Below are positions 25,066 through 26,250 of a stretch of 26,250 bases of DNA, piece by piece. The notes beneath the pieces were generated by a model. The model had not been told where the DNA came from, searched no databases, and saw only the letters and a program-made list of their open reading frames with translations. Made by a program: the position numbers and the translations under genes. Source of the DNA: Candidatus Scalindua sp. (GTDB lineage Bacteria > Planctomycetota > Brocadiia > Brocadiales > Scalinduaceae). Position 1 is the first letter of the stretch; every line of letters starts with the position of its first letter. The DNA is taken from positions 1 to 26,250 of the forward strand of contig JANLHC010000135.1 in NCBI GenBank assembly GCA_024654465.1, given 5' to 3'.

Positions 25066-26250
25066 ATGCGAGACACTATTCACAATGAAGTGCGTAAAAT
25101 AATTGATAAAGCAATCGATCTAAGGCATCGGTTCCATGAGATACCGGAAAGTTCGTTTGAAGAAAACAAAACTTCACATTTGATTGTTCAGGAATTACAA
25201 CAAATGGGACTGGACGTTGAAGAAGGAATCGCCGGGACAGGCGTTGCCGCAAACATAAAAGGCGAACTCCCCGGTAATACTATCGCCTTACGTGCAGATA
25301 TGGATGCTCTTAATATTGAAGAAGAAACCTCAAAGCCGTATGCATCCAGGCACAAAGGGCTTTCACACAGTTGCGGACATGACGGGCATATTGTCTGTTT
25401 ACTAGAAGCCGCCCGCATACTTGTGAAACTTCGAGAACAGTTAGCTGGTACTGTAAGGGTTATTTTTCAGCCGGGGGAAGAAAACGGAACAGGCGCACAG
25501 GCCATGATAGCCGCCGGTGCACTGGGGAGTCCCCTGCCTGTCGCAATTTTCGCCTTACATGCATGGCCTTATCTGGAATCCGGTGTAGTTGCTTCGAAAC
25601 CTGGTAATATAACGGCTGCAATAGATTACTTCAGTATAACCGTAAAAGGCAAAGGCGGTCATGGAGCACGGCCCCATGAAAGTATCAACCCTATCATAAG
25701 TGCGTCGCACATAGTACAAGAAATAAGTGCACTTACGAATAAAGGTGATAACGGCAAATATCCATGCGTCGTGAGCGTGGGAATGATACAAGGCGGAGCA
25801 CAGCCAAATACCATCCCGGACCATGCATATATCGAAGGAACAATCAGGTCCACTAATGAAACAAACCGCCGGAAAACATTGGAAAAATTTAATAAAACGG
25901 TGAAGGAAATCGGGACTCAGCAGAATGTGCAGACAGCAATAGATTTCATTAAATACGGTCCACCCGTTAATAACAATCCATACCTGTACCACTTATTTGA
26001 AAAGGTAGGTGAAGAGCTGTTGGTCCCTGAAAAACGAGCGTATATTAAACAACAGAGTATGGGGTCAGAAGATTTTGGCAATTATACACAACTCCTCCCG
26101 GGCCTTCTGATTCGATTGGGAATGGGAAAATCATCTCCACCGCTTCACACGAGCAGGTTTGATTTTTGTGACAAATCTCTCGATGCGGGAATCACAATAC
26201 TGGTTGGCCTGGCAATGAAGGCTACAGAAAATGATTTTAAAGAGAAATGA
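25066..26250 (+). CDS. M20D-family amidohydrolase (N-acyl-amino-acid / hippurate hydrolase type)
   Basis: RHRFHEIPESSFEE.KTS, ALRADMDAL, HSCGHDGH and GSEDF are metal-ligand motifs of the ama/hipO/hyuC group. The stop falls on the last three bases of the window. Confidence 0.88.
   Translation: MRDTIHNEVRKIIDKAIDLRHRFHEIPESSFEENKTSHLIVQELQQMGLDVEEGIAGTGVAANIKGELPGNTIALRADMDALNIEEETSKPYASRHKGLSHSCGHDGHIVCLLEAARILVKLREQLAGTVRVIFQPGEENGTGAQAMIAAGALGSPLPVAIFALHAWPYLESGVVASKPGNITAAIDYFSITVKGKGGHGARPHESINPIISASHIVQEISALTNKGDNGKYPCVVSVGMIQGGAQPNTIPDHAYIEGTIRSTNETNRRKTLEKFNKTVKEIGTQQNVQTAIDFIKYGPPVNNNPYLYHLFEKVGEELLVPEKRAYIKQQSMGSEDFGNYTQLLPGLLIRLGMGKSSPPLHTSRFDFCDKSLDAGITILVGLAMKATENDFKEK

Noticed and set aside
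1-26250. CRISPR arrays, rRNA/tRNA genes, transposases or integrases
   Set aside because: Scanning both strands by eye showed no regularly spaced direct repeats, no rRNA- or tRNA-like structure, and no DDE or tyrosine-recombinase-like ORFs.

Overview
AT-rich bacterial chromosomal window; all calls rest on reading the supplied translations and the DNA by eye, with no searches run. Four blocks are visible. (1) 1-3440 is a decaying accessory patch. It holds a 5'-truncated NodU/CmcH-type carbamoyltransferase, a HigB/HigA-like toxin-antitoxin pair with both genes frameshifted, and an intact DUF2281-antitoxin/MazF pair. The MazF pair is flanked by two paralogous small membrane-protein genes, and the second paralogue is split by a frameshift. 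(2) 3639-6334 holds a Zn alcohol dehydrogenase, a possible birA remnant, and a ParA/Soj ATPase followed by a membrane-anchored coiled-coil protein instead of ParB. (3) 6856-13166 is the most interesting part. It is a single operon encoding ACP, FabZ, a complete KAS II, a KAS paralogue with all three catalytic residues replaced (CLF/KS-beta-like), a CrtI-family desaturase and a cobalamin-domain radical SAM enzyme, closed by a strong terminator. This is not a housekeeping fab operon. From memory, it matches the architecture proposed for ladderane lipid synthesis in anammox Planctomycetes, a pathway that remains biochemically unresolved. (4) 15010-21633 on the minus strand is a GldA/F/G-like ABC transporter operon with a five-repeat DUF4340 protein and a MoxR AAA+ ATPase. 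It is followed by rpoZ and then a four-gene operon at 22203-24973: a stand-alone cNMP-binding domain, a PqqD-like peptide chaperone, an HPr-kinase-related P-loop protein and a PF14907-type nucleotidyltransferase. That operon looks like a peptide-modification module with no visible precursor or core RiPP enzyme. An M20 amidohydrolase ends the window. No rRNA, tRNA, CRISPR array or transposase was found.
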